From: Methanobacteriota archaeon
Lineage (GTDB): Archaea > Thermoplasmatota > Poseidoniia > MGIII > CG-Epi1
Assembly: GCA_014240255.1 (NCBI GenBank)
Contig: JAAZXG010000004.1
Coordinates: forward strand, 1-58,083
DNA length: 58,083 bases
Reading direction: 5' to 3'
The position numbers were made by a program, and so were the translations under genes. This document shows, piece by piece, positions 39,682 to 49,500 of this stretch. Each line of letters opens with the position of its first letter. The stretch's first letter is position 1. The notes under the pieces were generated by a model, which saw only the letters and a program-made list of their open reading frames with translations, did not search any database and was not told the origin of the DNA.

Positions 39682-41987
39682 CGTCTTTTTCTTACTGCAA
39701 TTAAAGATAGAATTAGCAATACTGAGACTAAGTTTGGATAAGGTAGGTTTTCTAATATACCTGAATCTTCAGTTTCCTGTACAATTTCCTGTTGGGCTAA
39801 AACAACAATATCTTGTTCATATGATGTAAGTTTTCCATGTCCAGTATCAACTTCTATACTGTAAACATAATCACCTTCATTCTCAAAATATAAATCACCG
39901 TAGTAGTAATTTCCTTCTTCATACATAGGGATTTTTTGTCCTTCAGCTAGCACACCTTCACTATTTTCAGCAATAATTATAGATACTGATTTTGGTGATG
40001 CATAATCAATAATGGCACTAACCGTAATTTGTTCATTAGAATTTATAATTGTTGGCGCTATAGAATGTATAAGGTCTTTATTTTTAACATCTATATTTCG
40101 ATAAAGAGTACTCATCCCACCCCATTGATCAATACACTCTATCTGCATTAAACATTCGCCATCTTCATATTTTGTTGAATCCCACATAAATTGAACACTA
40201 TCTTGGTTATTTTCAAGTTCAATCCAAGGGCCATTATCAATTCTATATCTCAATGTATTAAGTGAGCTATAATCCTCTACGCTTAAATCAAATTCAGCAT
40301 TAGCAGTAACGTCTGCTGTATTTGAATTCAAAAGTATGAATGGCGGAGTACTATCTGTTTCAAATTTCAACCCAGTTGTGGTCACATACTCCTGATTATC
40401 TTCAGCTCTAATATCAATCCAGTGCCATCCGTCAATCATAGGCATCCAAGTACCCTCATAGATGTAGTTGTCAACAGATGATAGTTCTTTCCATGTACCA
40501 TTATCTATTCGGTATTCGACAGTCAATATTCCTTCAGGATCAGAGGCCACTGCTTCAATATTTATTCTTGCACTGTAAAACTCTTCTTTAGGTTCCTTTA
40601 TTTCTAAATAGGGGTAGGTAACATCCTCTTCATTAAAAACAGTAATATTTATTTCCTTTTTTATTACATTATTACTCTTATCACTAGACCGGAATGTAAT
40701 GCTGTGTTCTCCATTTCCTGCATTTGCTTCTTGAGTATTCCAACTAGCAATATATCCGTCATTATCTCGTGAATACATTTTACGCCAGCTTCCTTCATTG
40801 ATTTTAAAATCAACATCATCTATACTGTTATCATCTATGGTTTCAATATCTAATATTACAATCCCTTCTAAAGTATCGCCTTCACTCGGAGATATTATTT
40901 CAATTATTGGAGGATTATCATCATTTAATATCTCTAAATTAATAGTTTTAACTATACTTGATCCGTCGTTAATTACTTTTATGGATAATTCATGTTCTCC
41001 ATTGGCAAGTTCTTCAGTATTTATTTCCAAATTAAAATTTCCATTAAAAGGCTCTAATTGAGAATCTATCCATTCTACTTTGTTCCAACTATAGAATACA
41101 TTTTGAATTTCCGATTTTTCGCTGACTGCAGTACCCTGTAATTCTATACTTCCACTCAATATCCCTGTATCTGTTGATATTTCAAGTTCAGGTGGTATTG
41201 CAAAAGCCGTCTGTAAAACGTATTTGTCTGATGATGCTGATTCATCATTGAAAAAAGCTACGAATATATTGATATTATCGTATTCAATATCTGAAAAGTC
41301 ATTTCCATTTTTATCTTCATGTTCTCCACCAGTCCAAATAGTTGATAATTCTAATTCTTCGTGAGGATTTAGTTCTACACTTTCTTCAAAGGCATAATCA
41401 AGGAAACCAAAGTGATATGGATCTCCATCATAATTATTGTATCTTGAAACTTTTTCAACAATATATGCTCTGACATATCCGTTGAATGTAGGATCTCCAA
41501 AGGCTGCATCCTCATTCCAAGTCATAGAAAGGCTAACATCTAGTTGGTCAGCACCTAAATGATTCATTTCTATATCTAAAGAAATATCAGTATCTTCTCT
41601 TTGTGCACAATTGTCAATTGCATTTTCATAATTGGCAGTATCAGATTGCCCACCGGAAACCTTTTCATCATTTCCATCAAATATTACTGTTGGATATCCA
41701 GTGACATCAGGGTAGTCACCCATTCTATCATCTGCCTTATCATTAACATCTGTAATTAGTGCCACAAAGAAGAATTGGTCATCATAATATGGTTCATCAG
41801 GGATATCATCATAAATTTTCATCAAATTCTCAGCAGCACTGGGACAATAGACACACCATGTAGCGGTGAATTCTTCTCCAAATACAGCATGAGTAAAATT
41901 TTCTGAGGGAACTTCAGCAGTAGGTGTAAAAGGAATTGCAGTAATACACAAAAGTGATGCCAAAACGGCGTAATATATTTTGTTCAC
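39678..41987 (-). CDS. Secreted surface protein: thioredoxin-like N-domain plus ~5 Ig-like repeats, with an extreme C-terminal TM helix and basic cluster
   Basis: Signal peptide 'AVLASLLCITAIPFTPTA' and 'FTATWCVYCP'. Repeating 'W...NGEH.I...' units ('NGEHELSIKV', 'NGEHSITFRS', 'DGWHWIDIRA', 'DGECLMQIEC'). C-terminus 'LPYPNLVSVLLILSLIAVRKRR'. Confidence 0.65.
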   Translation of the reverse strand: MNKIYYAVLASLLCITAIPFTPTAEVPSENFTHAVFGEEFTATWCVYCPSAAENLMKIYDDIPDEPYYDDQFFFVALITDVNDKADDRMGDYPDVTGYPTVIFDGNDEKVSGGQSDTANYENAIDNCAQREDTDISLDIEMNHLGADQLDVSLSMTWNEDAAFGDPTFNGYVRAYIVEKVSRYNNYDGDPYHFGFLDYAFEESVELNPHEELELSTIWTGGEHEDKNGNDFSDIEYDNINIFVAFFNDESASSDKYVLQTAFAIPPELEISTDTGILSGSIELQGTAVSEKSEIQNVFYSWNKVEWIDSQLEPFNGNFNLEINTEELANGEHELSIKVINDGSSIVKTINLEILNDDNPPIIEIISPSEGDTLEGIVILDIETIDDNSIDDVDFKINEGSWRKMYSRDNDGYIASWNTQEANAGNGEHSITFRSSDKSNNVIKKEINITVFNEEDVTYPYLEIKEPKEEFYSARINIEAVASDPEGILTVEYRIDNGTWKELSSVDNYIYEGTWMPMIDGWHWIDIRAEDNQEYVTTTGLKFETDSTPPFILLNSNTADVTANAEFDLSVEDYSSLNTLRYRIDNGPWIELENNQDSVQFMWDSTKYEDGECLMQIECIDQWGGMSTLYRNIDVKNKDLIHSIAPTIINSNEQITVSAIIDYASPKSVSIIIAENSEGVLAEGQKIPMYEEGNYYYGDLYFENEGDYVYSIEVDTGHGKLTSYEQDIVVLAQQEIVQETEDSGILENLPYPNLVSVLLILSLIAVRKRR

Positions 41988-42017
41988 AAAGTTCGACGAC
42001 GTTTCTAATTAATAAGT

Positions 42018-42641
42018 CTATCCCTTTTTCATGTCCAAGATGACTTCTATTGGATCTGGTGAACCAAATATTGCACTACCTGCAACCAAAAGATTGGCTC
42101 CAGCTTCAGCTAAAATAGCTGCATTTCCAGGACCTACACCACCATCTACCTCAATAATTTTTTCAGGATATTTCTTTCGGTATTTTTTTACTCTTTGGAT
42201 TGTATTTTCGTTAAATGACTGACCACAATATCCCGGTTCAACAGACATTACTAGTATCATATCTATAGAATCTACAAAAGGTTCAATTGCTGAAGCTGGT
42301 GTTGAAGGATTTAGTGCAATACCTGCCTTAATATTCTGTTTCTTAATTAATTCTATTGCTTTTTGAGGATTATTTGCTTCTACATGTACTGAAATTATAT
42401 CTGCACCAGCATCACTAAAATCATTGATAAAATTTGACGGGTCAGTAACCATTAGGTGTACATCCAGCTTGCCTATGCCTCTAAGCGATTTTACTAAATC
42501 AGGACCCATTGTAATGTTGGGTACAAAATGGCCATCCATTACATCCATATGTAAATATGCTGAATGAGGTGCTACAAGTTCAGCATCTCTTTTCATTTCT
42601 CCGAAATTTGCGCCTAACATTGAGGGTGCTATTTCAACCAC
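42018..42641 (-). CDS. rpe: Ribulose-phosphate 3-epimerase
   Basis: 'IAPSMLGANF', 'HMDVMDGHFVPN', 'VDGGV'. Confidence 0.95.
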   Translation of the reverse strand: MVEIAPSMLGANFGEMKRDAELVAPHSAYLHMDVMDGHFVPNITMGPDLVKSLRGIGKLDVHLMVTDPSNFINDFSDAGADIISVHVEANNPQKAIELIKKQNIKAGIALNPSTPASAIEPFVDSIDMILVMSVEPGYCGQSFNENTIQRVKKYRKKYPEKIIEVDGGVGPGNAAILAEAGANLLVAGSAIFGSPDPIEVILDMKKG

Positions 42642-43089
42642 TTAATGTCCTCGTTACTGAGTCGATTATAAACTTTTGGGACAAGTCATGTCTCCTTTTT
42701 TGAACAACTCTAATAAAAACTTCTAATTGTGATGATTCTGTTCTCCACCATTTATCATAGAATCCATCTACTTTATCTAAATCATTTAGAATAAGTTTAA
42801 TTTGTGCTTCGGGAAATTTTGGAGCACCACTTTTCCGGCCCAATCTAGTTTCCAGCATATATTTCATTTTATTTAGTACTAAAATATAGAAACCTTTTGG
42901 TTTTGCTTCTTCTCCGCTCAAATTTTTTATAATTCCAGTATCTAAACACCAGTCGTGTTTAGCTAATTTTTTATCTTCATCTTGGTAAACGTCCATCCAG
43001 ATTCTTTCAGAAGGTGGTGCCGGATTATGTTCATACAGAACTTTTTCTTCGTCCTTCTCTTCGTCATCAGTTTCTTCGTCTGTAGCCAT
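42634..43089 (-). CDS. Hypothetical protein with acidic N-terminus, co-transcribed with rpe
   Basis: 151-aa ORF overlapping the rpe start by 8 nt. No family recognised. Confidence 0.4.
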   Translation of the reverse strand: MATDEETDDEEKDEEKVLYEHNPAPPSERIWMDVYQDEDKKLAKHDWCLDTGIIKNLSGEEAKPKGFYILVLNKMKYMLETRLGRKSGAPKFPEAQIKLILNDLDKVDGFYDKWWRTESSQLEVFIRVVQKRRHDLSQKFIIDSVTRTLSG

Positions 43090-43136
43090 TTACATGTTCT
43101 GATTGAGCAGTTCTTATTAACTTTATTCATCACAGA

Positions 43137-43147
43137 CTTTTTATTAC
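43137..43147 (+). promoter_or_regulatory. Candidate TATA box for tRNA-Trp
   Basis: 'ctttttattac' is centred ~30 nt upstream of tRNA position 1 (43172). Confidence 0.3.
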
Positions 43148-43171
43148 AGTCTTCACATACATATAATATTG

Positions 43172-43344
43172 GGGAGCATGGTGTAACCTGGCAGCATTGC
43201 GGGCTCCAATTATACAGGAATGATTGCTACAGGGTCTGCTGATATCGTGATGAATGATTGGAGCTATGACCTGTGCAAACTAATGGGCTCCGGCTCAATA
43301 GGTGAGACCCGCCGATCTGGGTTCAAATCCCAGTGCTCCCACCA
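43172..43344 (+). tRNA. tRNA-Trp (anticodon CCA) with a 97-nt intron at the canonical 37/38 position and an encoded 3' CCA
   Basis: Hand-folded. Acceptor GGGAGCA (43172-78) pairs with TGCTCCC (43334-40), followed by A73 and CCA. Anticodon stem GCGGG (43199-203) pairs with CCCGC (43308-12). Anticodon loop CTCCAA with CCA at 43206-08. T arm CTGGG/TTCAAAT/CCCAG. Intron at 43210-43306. Confidence 0.9.
43214..43274 (+). ncRNA. Intron-encoded C/D-box guide sRNA predicted to direct 2'-O-methylation of C34 and C39 of tRNA-Trp
   Basis: Terminal stem ACAGG (43214-18) / CCTGT (43270-74). C-like AUGAUUG (43220-26). 12-nt guide. D' CUGA (43239-42). Linker UAUC. C' GUGAUGA (43247-53). 12-nt guide (43254-65). 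D-like AUGA (43266-69). The second guide pairs 12/12 (2 G-U) with 43202-43213 and places C34 at the N+5 position. Confidence 0.7.
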
Positions 43345-43347
43345 CCA

Positions 43348-43354
43348 TATTTTT
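43348..43354 (+). terminator. Oligo-T tract directly after tRNA-Trp (candidate archaeal terminator)
   Basis: 'tattttt' begins 4 nt after the CCA end. Confidence 0.3.
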
Positions 43355-43377
43355 AAACAGCTAATGATTGTATTCAT

Positions 43378-43659
43378 ATGAAGACACAAATAACCAAGAT
43401 CTCAATATTTCAAAATGCTAAATTTTTATCTATAATGATACTTCCTTTTAGCTTAATATATACGATAATAGGACTATCTATGTTCTTTTGGGGTATGGGG
43501 GGATTTATTGCAATATTCTTTATTTTTGCCCCTCTTTGGTTTTCATTAATGTATTTTGTGATGTTTAGTATTTTTGCACTAATCTATAATTTCGTAGCAT
43601 CTAAAATAGGCGGTATTGAATTTGAATTGACTGAAATAGCTGATAATGAAGATATTTGA
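43378..43659 (+). CDS. Hypothetical small membrane protein
   Basis: 93 aa with three hydrophobic helices and an acidic C-terminus. Confidence 0.4.
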   Translation: MKTQITKISIFQNAKFLSIMILPFSLIYTIIGLSMFFWGMGGFIAIFFIFAPLWFSLMYFVMFSIFALIYNFVASKIGGIEFELTEIADNEDI

Positions 43660-43675
43660 AAAGATAATGATAATA

Positions 43676-44278
43676 TTATTCTAATTCAGCCCAAATTCTT
43701 GTAAATCTATAAGTTGCAGATAATGTACATATTATTGCAAAACTATAACACATTAAAGTCATATAATTCCAATCTTGGTAATCTTCCAAAAAATATTGAA
43801 TAATAGGTACCATAACTAAAACCACAAGTCTATCTGCTCTACCTAGTAAGCCAGCATATTCTCTACCAGCACCAACTGCCTGTGCTTGTGTTCCCATATA
43901 AGATAACATAAGAACTCCAATAATTGCAGCAAAGCCAATAGTTGTGTCAACTAAAGGGCCTAAGGCTATTCCACCTAAAATTAAGATATCAGCAACCCTG
44001 TCTAATGTGTGGTCTAAAAGATCACCTCTTCGACTTGATAAATCTCTCATTCTAGCTACTATACCATCTAATGCATCTAGCACTGCAGTCAAAAAGACCA
44101 TTAAAGAACCAATCAGTAACCATACTGTATTTTCATAATCTGCGACATAAAATGAATATCCAGCTATCATTGCAGTCGCTAAAGATAGAAGACTAATCCC
44201 CATTGGATTAAGGGGGAAATGTTTAGCAATGGGTGTCAATATTTTTGTTCCAAATTCTCTATAATCGTCAGCTACCAT
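43676..44278 (-). CDS. CDP-alcohol phosphatidyltransferase (archaeal polar-lipid head-group synthase)
   Basis: Complete motif D-x2-DG-x2-AR-x8-G-x3-D-x3-D in 'DALDGIVARMRDLSSRRGDLLDHTLDRVAD'. Confidence 0.85.
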   Translation of the reverse strand: MVADDYREFGTKILTPIAKHFPLNPMGISLLSLATAMIAGYSFYVADYENTVWLLIGSLMVFLTAVLDALDGIVARMRDLSSRRGDLLDHTLDRVADILILGGIALGPLVDTTIGFAAIIGVLMLSYMGTQAQAVGAGREYAGLLGRADRLVVLVMVPIIQYFLEDYQDWNYMTLMCYSFAIICTLSATYRFTRIWAELE

Positions 44279-44790
44279 TAATACCAGTCCATTATTCTTT
44301 CTGAATAGTCGAAAGTTTCATCTAATTTAATACTGCCGTTCATAAATTCAGTAAGTTTTTTGGCGCTTTCGTCTGGACTTAAATTAGTAGTATCCAATTG
44401 AAATATTTTATCAGATGAAATATGATCCAGAGCTTCATCCAGTATGATATTTAGTGCTTCAGCCTCTAAATTTTCTCTAATTTTATCTTCAGAATAGTTA
44501 CGTTCGCTTAACCTTTTTCCTAGGATTGATGGATCACATCTTAGTAATATAACTGTATTAATATTATCCAGTGTATGTGAAGTATGTCCTTCATAAAAAG
44601 CATCATCAAGTTCTAGCTTTTCTATAATTTTATTCAGTTTATTTAAATTAATCAGCCATTCTCCAGAATCTGTTGTTCCTTCTGATGAGTCTTCATAGTA
44701 ATCCGAAAGATGTACTACTTTTTTATTTAATAATTTAGAAATAGATGTTTTCCCAGTTCCTGGCGTACCTGTTAAGGCACACCTTACCAT
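44278..44790 (-). CDS. Fap7/AK6-type adenylate kinase-like NTPase
   Basis: P-loop 'LTGTPGTGKTSISKLL'. 170 aa. Archaeal Fap7-like size and layout. Confidence 0.7.
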   Translation of the reverse strand: MVRCALTGTPGTGKTSISKLLNKKVVHLSDYYEDSSEGTTDSGEWLINLNKLNKIIEKLELDDAFYEGHTSHTLDNINTVILLRCDPSILGKRLSERNYSEDKIRENLEAEALNIILDEALDHISSDKIFQLDTTNLSPDESAKKLTEFMNGSIKLDETFDYSERIMDWY

Positions 44791-45140
44791 TAAGATTTCA
44801 TTTCCTTTTCAGCTGCGGCTTTAGCTTCTCTCTTTGCTTTGGCTTTAGCTCTGTCTATTCTCTGTTTAGCATTAAATGATGTGACGCTTTGCATGAATCT
44901 ATTGTATGCTTGATGTGCTTCCAATGAATCTTCAGGAGCTGCATCATTGTCTGTTTCCGTTTCAACTTTTATTTCAGTTATAGAAACAAATTCAACTTTT
45001 ATGGACTTTAGTGCCTTAAATGACCCCGAGAAAAGGTTACCATCTTCTACAATCTCTCCAAATTCCTCTTTCATCATAGTTTTTAGCCCACCATTTTCTA
45101 GTGTCTTACCGTGTCCACGCTTTACTTCGAAACTCTGCAT
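44790..45140 (-). CDS. Conserved-looking hypothetical protein with a Lys/Ala-rich C-terminal helix
   Basis: 116-aa ORF between srp54 and the Fap7-like gene, with a 1-nt overlap downstream. Family not recognised with confidence. Confidence 0.45.
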   Translation of the reverse strand: MQSFEVKRGHGKTLENGGLKTMMKEEFGEIVEDGNLFSGSFKALKSIKVEFVSITEIKVETETDNDAAPEDSLEAHQAYNRFMQSVTSFNAKQRIDRAKAKAKREAKAAAEKEMKS

Positions 45141-45178
45141 ATGACAATACTCTAAGTCACTGTATTTGTATTTTGGGG

Positions 45179-46537
45179 CTAAATTTTCATGTCCCCTTTA
45201 CCAAACTGCCTCATCATTTTTTGCTGCATTCTACGATTTCCACCAATATTAGACATCATCTTTCTACTTTGATTATATTGTTTTAAAAGGTCTCGGATTT
45301 CTTGTGGGTCAGATCCTGAACCCATTGCTATTCTATTAATTCGTGATCTCTTTATCAATTTGGGATTTTCTAATTCTTCTTTAGTCATAGAACTCATTAA
45401 GACCTTAAACTTTTCTAACTTATTTTGTGTTTCTTCTACTTGTCCTTTCTTCATCATAGCAGACATTCCAGGCACCATCTCCATTACTTTACCTAATGGG
45501 CCCATTTTTGTTAATGCTTCCATTTGTTCTTTCATATCAATTAATGTAAATTTACCTGAAAGCATTTTCTTTGCACTATCTTCAGCAGTGCTAGCGTCCA
45601 TAACTTCTTCAGCTCTTTCAAGTAATGTTTGAAGATCCCCCATTCCAAGGAGACGTGAAATGAATCTATCTGGATCAAGTGTTTCTAAACTATCTAAACT
45701 TTCACCAGTACCTACAAAAATAATGGGAGCTTTTGTTACGGCTATTGCAGATAAAGCCCCTCCTCCTTTTGCTGAACCATCTAATTTGGTTAAAATTACA
45801 CCAGTAATTCCCACAGCTTCATGGAAAGCTTCAGCTTGGGGACCAGCTTGTTGTCCAACTGTGGCATCCATAACAAGAAAAATATCATCAGGTTTAACAA
45901 TAGAAGCTATATTTTCCATTTCGCTAATTAAATCGCCATCAAGTGCGTGTCTTCCAGCAGTATCAACAATGACAATGTCTAAATCTTTGAATTCTTGTAG
46001 ACCTTCTGAAACTACTTTTTCAGCATTGGTATTTGCAGAATCTCCAAATACGGGGACTTGTATTTGTTCACCAATTTGAGATAATTGGTCATATGCAGCA
46101 GGTCTGTGAACATCAGCAGCTATAAGTCCCAAGCTAAGTCCTTTCTTCTTTAGATACTTGGCTAACTTACCAGTAGTAGTTGTTTTACCTTGGCCATATA
46201 AACCAACTAACATTAACTTTTGGGGCCCTAATTTCAAGGTCCGAGGTTCACCGAGTGCTTTAACTAATTCTTGATGAACAATACGAACAACATGTTCTCT
46301 ACCAGTCATGCCAGGAGGTGCATTTTCATCCAATGCACGAGTTTCAATCCTCTTACTCAGGTCTAAAGCCAATCTAACATTAACATCAGATTGCAGTAAT
46401 GCCCTCTGAATATCACGTACTAATTCTTTAATTAATTCTGGAGAAATATGACTAGCACCAGCTATTTTTTTTAGAGTTTCTCTAAGTGCATCTCCTAATT
46501 TTTCAAGAACCATGAAGTCTATTGATTCATCCATCAA
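45179..46537 (-). CDS. srp54: Signal recognition particle protein SRP54
   Basis: 'GLYGQGKTTTTGKLA', 'DTAGR', 'TKLDG', and a Met-rich M domain 'MEMVPGMSAMMKKG'. Confidence 0.95.
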   Translation of the reverse strand: MMDESIDFMVLEKLGDALRETLKKIAGASHISPELIKELVRDIQRALLQSDVNVRLALDLSKRIETRALDENAPPGMTGREHVVRIVHQELVKALGEPRTLKLGPQKLMLVGLYGQGKTTTTGKLAKYLKKKGLSLGLIAADVHRPAAYDQLSQIGEQIQVPVFGDSANTNAEKVVSEGLQEFKDLDIVIVDTAGRHALDGDLISEMENIASIVKPDDIFLVMDATVGQQAGPQAEAFHEAVGITGVILTKLDGSAKGGGALSAIAVTKAPIIFVGTGESLDSLETLDPDRFISRLLGMGDLQTLLERAEEVMDASTAEDSAKKMLSGKFTLIDMKEQMEALTKMGPLGKVMEMVPGMSAMMKKGQVEETQNKLEKFKVLMSSMTKEELENPKLIKRSRINRIAMGSGSDPQEIRDLLKQYNQSRKMMSNIGGNRRMQQKMMRQFGKGDMKI

Positions 46538-46581
46538 TTTAAAATTATTGATTGTTTTGTATAATCAGATTATTTTATTAA

Positions 46582-49500
46582 GTGATAATTATATGCAGTG
46601 GAGTGAAGAAGTTAGTATTATTGTTATTATGCATATCAGCAATCATATTTGTTAGTGATGATGCTAACGCTGGTTCTATTGGAACACCTATACCAGAAGA
46701 GGGGGAAGATTGGGTGATTGATGAATACACTTATGTTTGGGATGAAACTATTGTTATTCATGACTGGCTTGTTACTGCGGAAAGTACTGGAAATTTAAAA
46801 CTAGATAATGTAGTATTGTATGCTGATGGTAACGTAGAGTTTGAGAAGAAGGTCGAAATTTTCAATTCGAATATTACTATAAATAAGCAAACTCTTCAGG
46901 ATGGTGTTTCTATTTCTGATACTTTAGACATTAGGAATAGTGCTTTATCTTTGAATTCCTCATTAGATCATTTCTATAATATGTCAAATGAAGGAATTGG
47001 GTTAATCGGTGATTCAGCATATCTTTCTATTACTGAGAATTCCTTGCTTTATTCCTCTAATTTCAATCTTTCTAGAGCATATTATACAGCTATAGAGATT
47101 TGGTCAAATTCAGGTAACTCCAAGGTCCGTTTTGAAAATTCTACTATTAAACATCTTGGTTTTGCTCGATCAATGGGTGATAATACTATTGTTCGAGGAA
47201 ATCATTTTGATTATTGCCGTAGTAGTGTTCAAAGTTCAGGAGTAGGTTTTAGGTTTACAGATAATTTTGTTGATAGAGGTTGGTGGGAAGCTGGAGCATA
47301 TCAAGTATATCTCTCGAATGCAGACGAGGCTGTAATCTCTAACAATACATTCAATTTAACTTATGATACTATTGGATTGTCTAAAAGTGCAAATATAATC
47401 ATAAAAAACAATATTTTTAAAAACACTAGGGAAACTTACGCTTGGTCTATTTATGCAGTAGATTCATACAATCTTACACTTCGAGAAAATCATTTCCAGA
47501 ATCACTCAGGATCACCAATCGTCTTACAGCGAGTTAATGAATCTCTAATTGAACAAAATACTTTTTTTGAAGTATATGGGCCAGATAATGTTTGGGTTTC
47601 TGGTATAAATAATAAGATAATAAACAATACTTTCGAATATTGTGGAACTTTGGTTTCAATTCCATCCGGCTATGGTATTTCCGGATGTATAGAAGTTACA
47701 AAACAGGGTTATAATGATGAAAATGTTAACTTATATGGGAGTAATATAATAAAGGGGAATATTATCAAAAACTTTTCTGGATCAGCCATAGTTGTAGCCT
47801 TGTCTAATACGTTTGTTGAAGAAAATACAATTATTAATGGAACTCCATATTTTATGCAAGATGCAGCAGCAATAGATACCTTTACTCAAACTAGTCAATC
47901 TCCATCAGATGTGTTCATAAGGGATAATTACATAGAAGATGTCGATATTGGAGTCTTTTTAGATGGAACAACACAAACCAACGGCGGAAGTAATACTATA
48001 GTTGAAAGAAATACTATAACTATGTCTGGTAAAGGCGTTTACATAATTACAAAAACAGGACTTTTCCAGGACGCTAAGATACTTAATAATACGATAAGTG
48101 AAACTCTAACTGCAATCGAAATAGATAAAGGAGTAGGGGTTTTAGTTGAAAATAATGTTCTTTCTGGCTTCAATGGCGTCAATATTCTTTTGAGTGAAGA
48201 TTTAGTTATAAGATATAATATTGTTAAGTCTTATAATTCTGGAATTTCCTTAAATAATTCTTTGGCAGATATATATTCAAATCAAATAACAGCTTCATGT
48301 GTTATAGAGGATTGTCAGAAAATAGGATTTATTAAGGTAGGTAAGATAGGTTTGGATATAAGCTCAAGTAATGACATTAATATCTACGATAACAGCATCG
48401 AGAAGTATGGAATTCTGGTAAATACAGATGATTCTAAAATATACTTCGACAATAATACTTTAGATTTTACAAATATAGGTTATAATTTAAGATTAGATGA
48501 AATTGATATTTTTAATGGATCCATTTCGAATGTAACTACTGCTATCAGACTAACCGAAACAAATCTTTTACTCGTTGGTAATGAATTTAGGGATTTTGAT
48601 GTTGGTATTTCAAGTTTTAACTCATCATCATCGAATTCTGAAAATATCTTTATCAATGGTGTAACGTGTTTTGAATTAACAGACAGCTCTTATACTATAG
48701 ATTCATTTGATAATTGGGATTGCTCTGCAAACTATCTTAATGAATATTTTAATGTGAGAATATTTATTTCCAATATGGAATCATTACCTTCCCCATTCCA
48801 TGTGTATTGGTTTCAAAGTGAAGATGGTGAAGGACATACATATGGTGAAACAAGACATAATGGGTATTCCAAATATAACCGGATATTATACAAGAATATA
48901 GATTCCAATAGCTATCAGACTTTTTATAATCCTTACACCTTCTATTATGATCATAATGGAATTACTACTGAGGTTGTAAAAGAGATATTATTTAATCAAA
49001 CTATTAGTCTTTACTTTGACACATCGCCTCCTGAAACTGAAGTTTACTGTAATTCAACACTTGTTAATAATGAAATATTTTATCTAAATATCAATATTTC
49101 TACTGAGGATATTTCTGAGTTTGATATACAATATATAGAGAATGATGGATTAAATTTTGCAGAATGGCAACTGTATGGTACTTTTAATCAAAGTATAATT
49201 AAGTTTATAGGGGAAGATTCTACAAAGTATAGATTTAGATCTATTGGTCGAGATATATATGGGAATAATGAAGTAAAAACAGGCTATGATTTTGAAGTTA
49301 CAGTGGATACTACTATTCCTATTACAACATTTATAAATCTTCAACAAAATTATATTTTTACAGATTCCAAACTGGTTTTATTAGAATGGGAGTCAAATTC
49401 TGAAGATATTCAAAGTTACCATTTAGTGGTAAAATACACTAATTTTACGGATGAATATTTAGATCCAGGTACAGTCGTCTGGAATGAAATAGGAAGTATG

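Noticed and set aside
42982-43242. 86-aa plus-strand ORF
   Set aside because: It overlaps the antisense of the 151-aa gene and runs into tRNA-Trp. The tRNA fold is far better supported.
43090-43377. tRNA-associated integration site or mobile element
   Set aside because: No integrase, no direct repeat of the tRNA 3' end, and no compositional break on either side of tRNA-Trp.
45660-46079. 139-aa plus-strand ORF (and 45360-45632)
   Set aside because: It is antisense to srp54, whose identity is certain.
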